DNA from: Caecitellus pseudoparvulus
Lineage: Eukaryota; Protista; Bigyra: Bicosoecida
DNA length: 64,000 bases
Reading direction: 5' to 3'
NCBI GenBank assembly: GCA_965644315.1
Contig: CBFFRQ010000054.1
Span: 310,001-374,000, forward strand
Shown here: positions 34,101 through 44,978 of the stretch, piece after piece
How positions within the stretch are numbered: the first letter of the stretch is position 1
Layout: each line of letters opens with the position of its first letter
Notes under the pieces: model-generated
The model's database searches: none
What the model saw: the letters and a program-made list of their open reading frames with translations, nothing else
Told to the model about the DNA's origin: nothing
Made by a program: the position numbers and the translations under genes

Positions 34101-35896
34101 ACTTCTCCCTGTGAAGCACACGCAGCCAAAGTGGGCGTGCCGGCCATCCTCGCGCGCACGCCCAAAACAAGCCAGCACTCACAGTAGCACTCGTGAAGGC
34201 CCACTTCACGCAGGTCAATGCTGACTTGTCCACGTCGGCGGCGTCCAGTCGTGCGAAAGCGTCCCTCACTCGCTTCCTGTCTCTTTTGGGCAGCCGCCTG
34301 ACAGCTGCCATGAAACGCCACTCGCCATCCTCGGCCATGTATGCCACTGCTCCCTCAAACACTGCATGCCGCAGGGCGGGGAACAAGTAGTTCTTCAGCA
34401 GTTCTGACCAGACTTCCTCCCTCACACCCTCAGGCTTCAGTCGTCGCGTGGTTCGGCCTTCAGACACAAGCCGTGTGGCTTTGGTTCGCGTCCAGCGGTC
34501 GAGGAACTCCAGGAGACGCTCCAGTGCTGCCACATCCTCCACCGACTCCACCAACGCCTTGTATGCCGCATCCAGCACGCCCTTCTGCAGCACTGCCACC
34601 ACTGATTCAACATCCAAGTCCGCCTGCGATGGCGCACGCACACATACGCTCCGTGGCTCTGCCGCAACAATCGGCAAGTCGCATCAACACTCACCCCTCT
34701 ACGTGCAATGGCGCACTTCGCACACGCCACAGCAGCAACGTTGGCGTTCTCAGCACCCAGCTTCTCAAGCACCTCCTCCACACGCTCCCTGTCAACTGCC
34801 GACAGAGGCCTCAGGGCGCGCGGCATGTCCTCCTCACCCTCCGCCGTCATCCTCCCCACAGCGGCCGAGAACTGCTCACGCTGCAGGGCGGGACGCACTT
34901 GGTCCTCCAGCAGCTCTGTCCAGGCACCCTCGCTCACACCCTCAGGTGCCTGTGTCCACCCCTGCTCGATCTTGCCCAGCAACGCCGCAGGCGTCTCCAC
35001 CATGATGCCGGCCATGAGCCCCGCGAGGCGCTCCACCGCAGCCACGTCCTCGGCAGGCCCCACCACGGCAGCATGCAGCGCCTTCAGTACCTCTGGCTGC
35101 ACCAGTGCGACCACTGTGCTCGCCACGCGCAGCTCCTGCGCAGGCAGCCTCGCTGTGTGAGTCAGCCGCGCACACACGGGCATGCTACGCATTGCGACCA
35201 CTCACCGCACGGATGAAAGCCCACTTGGCACTGCTGACGGCAGTCGGATTGGCATTGGCGCCATCCAGTCGGTGGAAGGCTTTCTTCACTTGCTCCTTGT
35301 CGGGGTCGGGCAGTGTGGCCAGGGCGTCCTTGAAGTGGGTCCTCACAAACCCATCCAGGCCTTGCGTGGTCAGATCGCCGCTGCCCGCGTCCGCCCGGCG
35401 AATCAGTACCATGGCAAAGTCACCCACCATCCACTTGCGACTCGCCTCATCAAGATGCTGCAGCCCAAGCTCTTTGAAGGGTGCAGGGCTGCCCAGCACA
35501 GCCAGGAGATCCTCCACACTGTACACCACACAGACCCGCACAACGTCGTACAAGGCGGATCCGGTGATGCTCCCTCCTTCAGATCGACTGTAGCGCAGTA
35601 GCGCCTTCGCCTTGGTTATCACATCTGGTTCCAACAGGACTTGTGAAGTGTCCTCATGCACAGCCTGCGCAGCAGCATTGAGAGGGGACGTGCTGCCACG
35701 CAGCGCTGCCAGTGTGGGCGGTGATGCTCACTGAGGCGTCTTCAATAGCATCTTTGGCCTCTTGGATGGTGTGTACATCCACCCCAACAGAGGAAAGGAC
35801 AGAAAGCAGGTCTCCGTTTGGTGCGAAAACGACGCTCCCAGCATCAGATGCTGCCACACCAGCTGCGCAGTCTTCAGGCGTCTCAGCGGCAGCCAT
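31109..35896 (-). CDS. Crinkler/RHS-type (CR) effector-like protein: N-terminal helical repeat modules + P-loop NTPase + C-terminal PD-(D/E)xK-like nuclease (~1500 aa)
   Basis: Exons 35896-35732, 35664-35206, 35135-34695, 34623-34183, 34108-31109; all introns are phase 0 with GTGAG donors. Walker A LATSGEGTGKT, Walker B LLLVDDAHEL, VGGEPR, then DLFESQV and QRNFPGVDFLAF..VAFVEATTS, as seen in CR-NTPase + REase proteins. Confidence 0.65.
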
Positions 35897-37002
35897 ACCC
35901 CACGTGCGGCTTAAACTCCGTGTAAAGTCGAGATTCACGCGCTTGCTGGTCGCGGCTAGTTGCTGAAAGCCAGGGAAAGCCGCTTGACCGGCAGTGGTCG
36001 CTGCGATCTGCGTGCCCCGGTCCTGCGGCGCCGCAGCAGAGCCTTGTCGAGCGCCCCCCTGCAACTGGGGCAGTCTGAAGAGCAAAGGCACAGTGAAATA
36101 CACAAATTCATCGACATAGAAGTACTTCTGCATTTTTTTTGTCCATGCGCGTCCGTTTGGCGCGTCACGCAGCCATCGTTGGCGTGCTGAACCTGCGCAG
36201 GAGGCACAGAGATTTGAGGATGGCCTGTGGCCTTGGAGACCCTTCCGTGCATTCTATCTCGGACACACAGCTTTATATCGACTATTATCGTCCATACGAA
36301 GACTGCTTTGCGGAGGGAACTTCAATCCCTTGCGCTAGAGCAGCTTCCCTGTTCAGCCAGTCCAAGTGCACTGCACTTCGCAGAGCAGCAAGTGATGGGA
36401 CGAGATTGTAGCAAAGATACTGCGCTTTGTGGTCATGGCACTCCAATGGGTGAAATATAGCTATGCTGTCAAGCTGATGGGGGTAAACAGGTCGCTATGG
36501 CTGCTGCTGGGGCGAGGATTGAGCCACTTAGTTGCCAGATCCACCACGTCACACGCCTCGCCGTGCCAAGCCCGTTCAAATCCCTGGTGAGATACAATGT
36601 GTGCCTGCCAGGCAGTACCCGGTGCCCCATTGGTATAGGCTGCCTTGGAATCTAGCACCATGCCTCAGCCCAGCGTCTGAAGGGCGCCCGCGGTCTATGG
36701 ACTTGAAGCACACACCGAAGCATGCCCCAGACCGTGTCTGCCTTGATTGAGCAGGCAACCACACTGCCGCAGTCCACGACGACCCAACAGGCTTCACGTG
36801 GGGCGCGGGCGAAGGCTGTCAGGTCGGCACAAGGGGAGCTCATGCTTGGGAGACCAGCCAATCTGCCATGGCCAGCAAGCCCAGTGCGGTGAATGTCTTG
36901 AACACTGCATTCGGGGCATGGCGTGGGCCACAAACGCGCATGCGCTGCTCACGCTTCATTGGACTTCGCCCCGTGCTTGGCACAAGCACAGTGCTCGCTG
37001 CC

Positions 37003-39529
37003 TCAGATGGTGGCGGGCGCTTGCTGGTCACCCAGCGAAGCCCCCGCTCGTGTCCGCACTACATACTCAAACGCTGGGCGCATGTGAGCCCTCCACAGCT
37101 CCGCGCAGACTTCCTCGCTGATGCTCTCAGGCCTCTTCGTCCACCCTTCCTCCATCTCCCTCATCAGCACCTCAGGCGTCATGGACATACACTTCTCCAT
37201 GAAGTTCAGGTGACGCTTCAATGCAAGCCCATTCTCTTTTTGCTGCACCAGCGCCTTGTACGTCTCCTCCAGCACGGTTGGCTGCAGCAGTGCAAGAAAT
37301 GAGTCCTCCTTTGCTCTGATCTGTGACACGAGAACACACAAGCCAGTCGTGAGCCGGGCTTACACTCCCAGGTTCTTTCACAGGCGTCGAGACATGCAGG
37401 GCACTCACTCCCAGACGAACAAAGGCGCACTTCACACTCAGCACAGCATCCGGGTTCACCTCACTTGGCTCCACCTTTCTCACAGCTTTACTGATGCGTT
37501 CCTGGTCTCCTTCAGACAGCGTCTTCAGATCCTTCTGGAAGTACTCCTCAACATCGGCTACCATGCTTGCCCGCACCCGCCCAAACAATGCACGCCCCAA
37601 GCGGTCGTCCAGCAGCCCTGTCCAGTCTGCATCGCTCACACCGTTTGGCCTCCACACTCGTGCGCTGGGCACATCACCCGAGTGCTCCACCACATTCAAG
37701 CGCATGCATGCTCCCATGAACGACCCGTGGCTCCTCAATGCAGCCACATCATATGGCCGCGCAACTAGCAATTTGTACGACTCATTCAGCATACTTGGCT
37801 GCAGCATGACTTCCACAGAGTCCGCCACTGCATCGTCCTGCATCGCGAACACAGCGACAATCTGAGCCAGCCTCGCACACGCAAAACCAAGTCAAGCCAG
37901 CACTCACCGACATGCAAACGAAAGCCTCCTTCGCACTGACCACAGCAGCCTTGTCCACGTCGGCACCGTCCAGGTTTGCGAAGGCGTCTCTCACTCGCTC
38001 CCTGTCTCCTTCGGGTAGAGAGGCCAGGACTGGTTCAAAGCACCGCTCCCCTTTCTCCTTCAGGCGCGCCACAGCCGTCCCAAACACAGCACACTTCAGG
38101 GCGGGGCGAAGATGATCCTCCAGCAACTCTGACCAGACTTCCTCGCCCACACCCTCAGGCTTCATGCGCTTTGTAGTCAGGCCCTTAGACTCTAGCCGGG
38201 TCAAGCTAACATACATGCAGTGCTCCAGGAACTCCCGGAGACGCTCCAGTCCTGCAACATCCTCCGCCGACCCCACCAACGCCTCATACGATGCCCCAAG
38301 CATGCCTGGCTGCAGCACCGCGACTGTTGACTCAACTATCAAACACACCTGCGAAGGCGCACGCTCGCCCAATGGCCCAGCCACGATCACGGCAAGTCGC
38401 GTCAACACTCACCCCTCTACGTGCAATGGCGCACTTCGCACACGCCACAGCAGCAACGCTGGCATCTTCATCGTCCAGCTTCTCAAGCACCTCCTCCACA
38501 CGCTCCCTGTCAACTGCCGACAGATGCTTCAGGGCGCGCGGCATGTCCTCCTCACCCTCCGCCGTCATCCTCCCCACAGCGGCCGAGAACTGCTCACGCT
38601 GCAGGGCGGGACGCAGGCACGTCGCCAGCGGCTCTGTCCAGGCACCCTCCCTCACACCCTCAGGTGCCTGTGTCCACCCCTGCTCGATCTTGCCCAGCAA
38701 CGCCGCAGGCGTCTCCACCATGATGCCGGCCATGAGCCCCGCGAGGCGCTCCACCGCAGCCACGTCCTCGGCAGGCCCCACCACGGCAGCATGCAGCGCC
38801 TTCAGTACCTCTGGCTGCACCAGTGCGACCACTGTGCTCGCCACGCGCAGCTCCTGCGCAGGCAGCCTTGCTGTGTGTGCCAGCCGCGCACACACGCAGT
38901 TCACGCATTGCGACCACTCACCGCGCGTATGAAAGCCCACTTGGCACTGCTGACAGCAGTCGGATTGGCATCGGCGCCATCCAGTCGGTGGAAGGCCTCC
39001 TCCACTTGCTTCTTGTCGGGGTCGGGCAGTGTGGCCAGCGCTTCTTTGAAGTGGCTCTCAAGGTCCAGCACTTGCGTCATGTCCAAGCAGTGACTCTGCG
39101 CACCAGCATTGAAGGGGAAGGGTGCACCCACACAGCATTATCAATGTGCGTGGCGGTGCTCACTGGAGCGTCTTCGACGACAGCAGTAGCCTGTTGCATA
39201 GTGTGCGCATCCACCCCAGCAGAGGCAAGGTGGGCGGGCAGCGCGAAGACAGAGCTCTCGTGCTGAAACGCCAGCGCGCGCTTCCAATCCACACTGTCAA
39301 TCTCGTGCTGGCTTGCCCGTGGGGAGAGCGTGCTGGGCCCTCCACCTGGGCTGAGCGGTGAGGGCGAACGTAGGGAAGGAAACCCATGTGCATACCCCTC
39401 CTTCAGGTGCTGCTGCGTTGGCGTCGTGCACGATGCAGAAGTAAAGGCTTGGCGTGCAATTTCCGCTACCCCCATCGGAGGAATTGGGCGCTGGGCACGC
39501 AACGCAGCTTGCAAGGCTACAGTCAGCAT
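37003..39529 (-). CDS. Tandem paralog of the CR effector N-terminus: repeat modules only, no NTPase/nuclease (truncated gene or pseudogene)
   Basis: Phase-0 exons ending at 39164, then 39095-38922, 38853-38413, 38348-37908, 37837-37409, 37320-~37003. Segment ~38400-39050 is nearly identical to ~34680-35330. Exon 2 has an internal deletion of ~95 codons relative to the full gene. 5' and 3' ends are uncertain. Confidence 0.6.
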
Positions 39530-39617
39530 TGTAAGCGGTACTTGTATGATCGGGAAACGTAGCAGCCAAAGTAGGGCAAGGCCCTTTTGGGTGGTGGGGC
39601 TGCATTAGGTTTTGAAG

Positions 39618-41728
39618 CAGGGATCGTCAGGGTGTCCGGCTCCGCACCCCCCGGGTGTGCGGCTGAAGGGGGCCTTCGGCCCTTCCAGCCGGACACCCGG
39701 GCGTCCGGGACCTGGCCTTCGGCCAGTTCTTGTACCCCCCCTCAAAGACCTCAATAAACGATACCCTGTACTCCATAGCATCGCTTCATGGGTAGAATGT
39801 ATCTTTTTGTGTCTCCCCTGTGAATCTTTGCGCCTCCAAATGCGCTTCAAGTGAGATCTCGGATCCTTAGCAGAGCACGCAAGCAACTTTATGGTCTTCA
39901 TTTGACTATTTACATAGATATTGCTGTAGCTTTGCATCTGGGCAGGCAATCTTGTCCTAATCAACACGGTACCAAGCCCCAAATAGTGCAAAATGTGTGC
40001 GATACTGCTTGTACGGCACTGTTTCGGTTGGCGTGGTGATCTGTGGTCTGTGTGGTGTCGCTTGCCTAGATGCCCAGATCTCCGCGTGGACAATCCTGTA
40101 CAAGGAGCGAAAGCTATGAGGGGTGAAAATAGGTTGCAGACACCCTTTGTGGTGAACCACTGCCCAAATCGCGCAAAAGGGAAGTAGTATCACGCAGGAG
40201 GGGCGCCTTCATGGACGCCAGGCATCCGCCCGCCCGGTCCATCCTTGAAACTTGCCTCCGCAGGCAGTGACTTGGGCCCGAAAGAAAGCCCGTCAAGAAC
40301 AGTGCCTCAAACTTGCCTCTGCATTGGAAAGCTCACTTCAACACCCGATCAGCTTCCCCACACGTCAAGAAGCGGCCCCTGCTTCCCTCCAGCGGACCAC
40401 AGCGGCTGCTTGGGACCGCTTGGAGGCGCTCCTCCCGCTCGTACCCTTTTCTTGTCACCAACAGCCCGGCGCAAAGGAGCAGCTGAAGCCCCAACAAGTG
40501 ATCATGCACGCGCAGCAGGAGCAACTCGAGAGAAAACAAGCTTCACAGCTAGCCCATCCTGGCTGTTGCCGAGTGTCTGGCCCTGCTCCTGACGCCCAGG
40601 GTCGACTGAAGAGTTGCACACTTTGAAGCGTGGGTTCAGCCAGTCCTTGATATGCCGAGCAACAAACTACTGATTGGAAAGCAGCAGGGGTTGGCTGCCA
40701 AGCAGTTGTGTGTGCCCTGGTCCTCTTACCACTGGCACACCAGTCGGTCAACACGGAGAAGAAGGGCGCAGCGCCTGCACTTGTGACCGGTGTTGAGAAC
40801 ACTACCTGAGCTACACGAGAATGGGGGGGCCAAACAGCTGTCTCCCTCTCCACCATGCTTCCAGATCCTTGCAGGGTGCGGCTTGCTTTTTGCCGTGGCT
40901 GCGGAGCTCATTGCGAGCAAGCTGTCGTTGACTCGCACAGAACGCAATAAAGTCACGCCACTCATCCTCGAATTGGAAAGCAGTCCCTGCGTTGTTGTCC
41001 ACCAGGTGCAGCAGCTCTGTTTCACCGTTAATCTGCCCTCAGCAAAGGATCATGACCAAACCACGGACTACAGCAGACTCGGGGAGCTCTCCAGGCTCTG
41101 CGTGCGTGCAGTACTTGGGGATTGACTTGTTGAAGTGTGCCAACCGATGACCAGCGTCTGGCAGAGGACGTAGCAGGCCCATGAGGTTCCACCTGGCGGC
41201 GATGACTACGCCCCACTCCTTGAGCCTCATCCAGCCCCAATCCGCAGCCTGGAGGCACAGCGCAGCGACGGTGGCTTGAGCGCGCTGTAGAGAAGGCATG
41301 TCCCCTCTCCCAGGATCCGGGGCACACTGAAGTCTCTCACCAATGTCAGTGAGGCGCACTGCTCTGCTGCACGCCCTCTGCCATGATGATGCAGGGACAG
41401 CAGTGAAACGTGACCGAAACTCCCAATCATTGCACCTCCGTTGCACACGAATCTGGTCTTGCTCAGGAACCTAGAGGCGTATATATCAAGCCCCTGAAAC
41501 CAAATCATTGATGTGATTTGGTGCATTGATGGCAAAGTGGCACTTGAACCTGCTTGGGAACCAGGGCTGGCAAGCAGGCGGAGGAGGATGAGCGTCTCCC
41601 AGCGCCTTGCACACGGGCGGCGAAGGGGGGGGGTCCACAAGGGGGGCACCCCCCCCCAAGGTTGGGGTGTCCGGCATCTTAGCAAAAAAGGTGCGGAAAT
41701 AGCTTCCCGGACACCCTGACAACCCCTG
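39618..41728 (-). mobile_element. Degenerate, internally deleted hAT-family DNA transposon (~2.1 kb)
   Basis: 22-bp TIRs CAGGGATCGTCAGGGTGTCCGG (39618-39639) and CCGGACACCCTGACAACCCCTG (41707-41728) with 2 mismatches. Subterminal GGTGTCCGG/CCGGACACC repeats. Internal hAT dimerisation remnant. Confidence 0.75.
40600..41450 (-). pseudogene. hAT transposase remnant (C-terminal dimerisation domain), frameshifted
   Basis: Across frames: DLEAWW...VWP.HSRVAQVVFSTPVTSAGA..FFSVL..KRTR, matching the hATC pattern D.L.WW...P.L..LA...L..P.SSA..ER.FS. Confidence 0.65.
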
Positions 41729-41791
41729 GTGTCGCAGCGGTGTGGCTGGTCCACGCAGGCGAGGGGCGTTGGTGGATCGTCCCAGGGGGGG
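41729..41791. repeat. 63-bp dispersed direct repeat, copy 2 (copy of RPS2 upstream sequence), abutting the hAT right TIR
   Basis: See 22566-22628. Confidence 0.8.
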
Positions 41792-41999
41792 TGCAAATAC
41801 CGCGGCGTGCGCAAGCAACAGTGCAGGCCGGGCAGGCGTGACACTGCCTTGACAGCGGTAAAATCAACCCCATATCTTAAACCTGCACTGGACACCACAA
41901 TGCAGGTGCTCTTGTGACCCTGCCTTGTGCCGCTTGTGCCGACGTGCAGGCGAGTTGGCTTGTGAGGGTGGCAAGTGCGGAAGCTGCATCCACCACGCC

Positions 42000-43793
42000 A
42001 TGGCTGATGGCAGCGACAGCCAGTCAGTGGTGGCGAGATGGAGGGCTGCATGCGATAGTGAGCAGGTAGATGAGCTGATTAGCATGCTGGAGGGGTGTTA
42101 TGGTGGCGTTGGGCCGGAGCTGGGAGGCTTGTCAAGTGTCGACGCAACTGGTGGCTTCGTGGTTGCTTGCAAGACGGGGCACGTTGGGCTGCTACGTGGG
42201 CTGTTGGCACTGACCGGAGATCACGCGGTGGATGTACACGCTGGGCCCGAGGGTAGGCCTGATTATTGCTTTCAACTTGCCTGCATGAATGGACACGTGA
42301 AAGTGGTTCGCGAGCTCCTGGCTCTAGCCGGGCCTCGTGAAGTAGACGTGCATGCTGGGCATGTAGGGCGCGAGGGCGATACTGAGTATGCCTTCAGGTT
42401 TGCTTGTCAGAACGGGCATGTGGATGTGGTGCGCGAGCTGTTGGCGCTGAGAGGGCATCGACAAGTGGATGTTCATGCTGGGTCTGAGGGCATCCCTGAG
42501 TATGGCTTCCGTCTTGCCTGTCAGCATGGGCACATTCACGTGGTGCGGGAGCTGCTGGCACTGAGTGGCGCTCGGGAAGTGGACGTACATGTTGGGCCTG
42601 AGGGGCAACCCGAGTATGCGTTCCGGCTTGCCTGTATGCATGGTAGGTTGGATGTGGTGCGCGAGCTCCTGGCGTTGACGCGTGATCGGGCTGTGGATGT
42701 ACATGCTGGTTCTCAGGGTGTTCCTGAGGGTGGCTTCCGAATAGCCTGTGCGAAAGGTCACATCGATGTGGTGCGTGAGCTGCTGGCGCTGACTGGCGCT
42801 CGAGAAGTGGATGTGCATGCTGGGCGTGAGGGCGAGCCTGAGCAAGGCTTCGGACTTGCCTGTGCGAGGGGGCACTTGGATGTAGTGCGCGAGCTGTTGG
42901 CGCTGAGCGGGCATCGTGAGGTGGATGTGCATGCTGGAGCTGGGGGCGTGCCTGAGGCTGGCTTCTGGCTTGCCTGTGAGAATGGTAACTTGGATGTAGT
43001 GCGCGAGTTGCTGTCGTTGAGTGGGCAACGCGAAGTGGACGTGCATGCTGCGCCTGAGGAAGGATCTGATTATGGCTTCTGGCTCGCCTGTGAGAATGGA
43101 CATGTCGATGTGGTGCGTGAGCTGTTGGCGCTGACCGGGCATCGCGCCGTTGACGTGCACGCTCGCCAGGAGGCTTGCCTCCAGGCTGCTTGTGCGACTG
43201 GGCGCCTTGAGGTTGTGCGGGAGCTGTTGGCTCTTACGGGTGACCGTGAGGTGGATGTGCATGCTGGACCTGATGGCAATCCTGAAGGTGGCTTCCGAGT
43301 TGCCTGTCAGGAAGGGCACATTGATGTTGTGAGGGAGCTGTTGGCTTTGAGCGGACACCGCGAGGTGGACGTGCGTGCTGGGGCTGAGGGTGGACCTGAG
43401 CATGGCTTTCGGTTGGCCTGTGATAAAGGGCATTTGGATGTGGTGCTTGAGCTGCTGGCGTTGAGCGGGCGCCGTGAGGTGGATGTGCATGCGGGGGACC
43501 TGTATGGGGCTGAGTCTGGCTTCTTTCGAGCTTGCCAACACGGAAATGCCGATGTGGTGCGAGAGCTGCTAGGCCTCACCGGCCACCGAGCCATTCCCCT
43601 CGAAGCACGCCTTGCCGCAGGAGAGACAGCTGTGCAGCCGGGCAGGGATGCTGTGTGGGCTGGCACCAACAATCGACGGGGTCGCAAGGCTGTGGTGCTG
43701 CTGCGGAGCGCAAGGAGAGCAGGGAAGCGCCAGCGACCACCACCTGGCTCAGCGTTGGTGTCTCCAGCAGGGAAGACTGCACGCTCTGAGTGA
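42000..43793 (+). CDS. Ankyrin-repeat family member 1 (13 repeats)
   Basis: ATG 42000 (MADGSDSQSVV). ~39-aa units F..AC..GH.DVVRELLAL.G.REVDVHA. C-cap AIPL..RL.AGE.AVQ..DAVW.GT..R.GR.A..LLR. Confidence 0.88.
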   Translation: MADGSDSQSVVARWRAACDSEQVDELISMLEGCYGGVGPELGGLSSVDATGGFVVACKTGHVGLLRGLLALTGDHAVDVHAGPEGRPDYCFQLACMNGHVKVVRELLALAGPREVDVHAGHVGREGDTEYAFRFACQNGHVDVVRELLALRGHRQVDVHAGSEGIPEYGFRLACQHGHIHVVRELLALSGAREVDVHVGPEGQPEYAFRLACMHGRLDVVRELLALTRDRAVDVHAGSQGVPEGGFRIACAKGHIDVVRELLALTGAREVDVHAGREGEPEQGFGLACARGHLDVVRELLALSGHREVDVHAGAGGVPEAGFWLACENGNLDVVRELLSLSGQREVDVHAAPEEGSDYGFWLACENGHVDVVRELLALTGHRAVDVHARQEACLQAACATGRLEVVRELLALTGDREVDVHAGPDGNPEGGFRVACQEGHIDVVRELLALSGHREVDVRAGAEGGPEHGFRLACDKGHLDVVLELLALSGRREVDVHAGDLYGAESGFFRACQHGNADVVRELLGLTGHRAIPLEARLAAGETAVQPGRDAVWAGTNNRRGRKAVVLLRSARRAGKRQRPPPGSALVSPAGKTARSE

Positions 43794-43929
43794 GGGGCGG
43801 AGCAGGTTCGTACTTCATGCTGCACCGTGCCGGTTTTCACCACCATGGTATGCTTGGGGATGATCAATGTGTTCCTGCAGCTGAGACGTGCATGGGGTTT
43901 GGAGGTGGCACTTGAGCGCCAGCCCTGGG

Positions 43930-44235
43930 AAGGGGCATGTTGGATTGCTGCGTGGGCTGTTGGTGTTGGAGGGCGAGCTTTTTGTGAACATACATGCGAA
44001 CGATAAGAGTGGGCCTGAGTATGCCTTCCGACTTCCCTGCCAGAACGGACACATGGACGTGGTGCGGGAGCTACTGGCACTGACAGGACCTCGTGCTATC
44101 GCCCGCCAGGCGCAGACCAAGGGCGGAGAAATAGTTGTACAGGCGGCCAAGGATGCCGTCTGGCTCGGCACTAGCACGCGGCAGGGTCGCGCGGCCATGC
44201 TGCTGCTACGGGCCGCTAAGAGATCGCGTTCATGA
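43930..44235 (+). pseudogene. 5'-truncated ankyrin family fragment (~2 repeats + C-cap)
   Basis: GHVGLLRGLL..EYAFRLPCQNGHMDVVRELLAL..KDAVWLGTSTRQGRAAMLLLR; the family N-cap and ATG are missing. Confidence 0.7.
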
Positions 44236-44347
44236 GACTGCTCATGCCCAAGACAGCTGGGAGGACTTGCATTTGCTGTGGGTGCAGGGACAACGGGACG
44301 CTCGAGGCAGGTCAGCCTACCTAAGGAGGTAAGTGTGTTGACGCTGA

Positions 44348-44812
44348 TGCCTGGGCAGGCGGCTGGAAACGCACCGTCACAGGCGCCTGGGCACTCGCAC
44401 CGCCTGCCGCCGGCACCTGCACTGTCACACTGCCCAGCGCCACGGGAAGCCCGCGGGTGGTGGTGCACAGCACCTGGCGCTGCAGTGCTGTGGAGGTGGC
44501 GCCCCCTCCTGCCAGACACCATCCCCCCAGCAGTGTCGCTGCCTGCAGGTGCTCACGGGCAGACACGGTGCCCTGCAGGGCTGCCTCGGGGGACAGGTCG
44601 GCCACGGCAGCGGTGGCGGCTTCGGCGGCTTGTGTGTCAGCTTCTGCGGCTGCAACCTGCTCACGCAGGGCGGCAGCTCGATCCTGCAGAGCGGCCAGGC
44701 GCTGTTGTCGGGCTGCCTCTTCGCGTTGTGTAGCGTCAGTGGCTTGACGCGCCGTCGCAGCGCTGGCCGTGGCCTGTCGCACAGCTTCAGCGACTCGCAC
44801 CACTTCCGCGTG
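44348..44812 (-). pseudogene. Inverted partial duplicate of the coiled-coil region (~49302-49766) of the KNL1-like gene
   Basis: The reverse complement encodes HAEVVRVAEAVRQATASAATAR...QVPAAGGASAQAPVTVRFQPPAQA, nearly identical to the + strand gene. Confidence 0.85.
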
Positions 44813-44978
44813 TTCGGTGGTGGGGAACACCTCTGAGGTGGCAATTTACATTTCGCAACTTGTAGAATCTTTTATACTTGTACTGCATTTACTTGCCTGG
44901 GCTGCTCCTTTTGTGCTGCTGTGCAGGCGAGTTGGTTGGCGTGGGGGTTACAAGTGCGGAAACTGGTGCCACCACGCC

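Noticed and set aside
41925-41999. Cys/His-rich N-terminal extension (C..CG.C.HH) upstream of the ankyrin ATGs as a zinc-binding motif
   Set aside because: The frame is not preserved in member 4 and no shared upstream ATG exists; more likely conserved 5' UTR.
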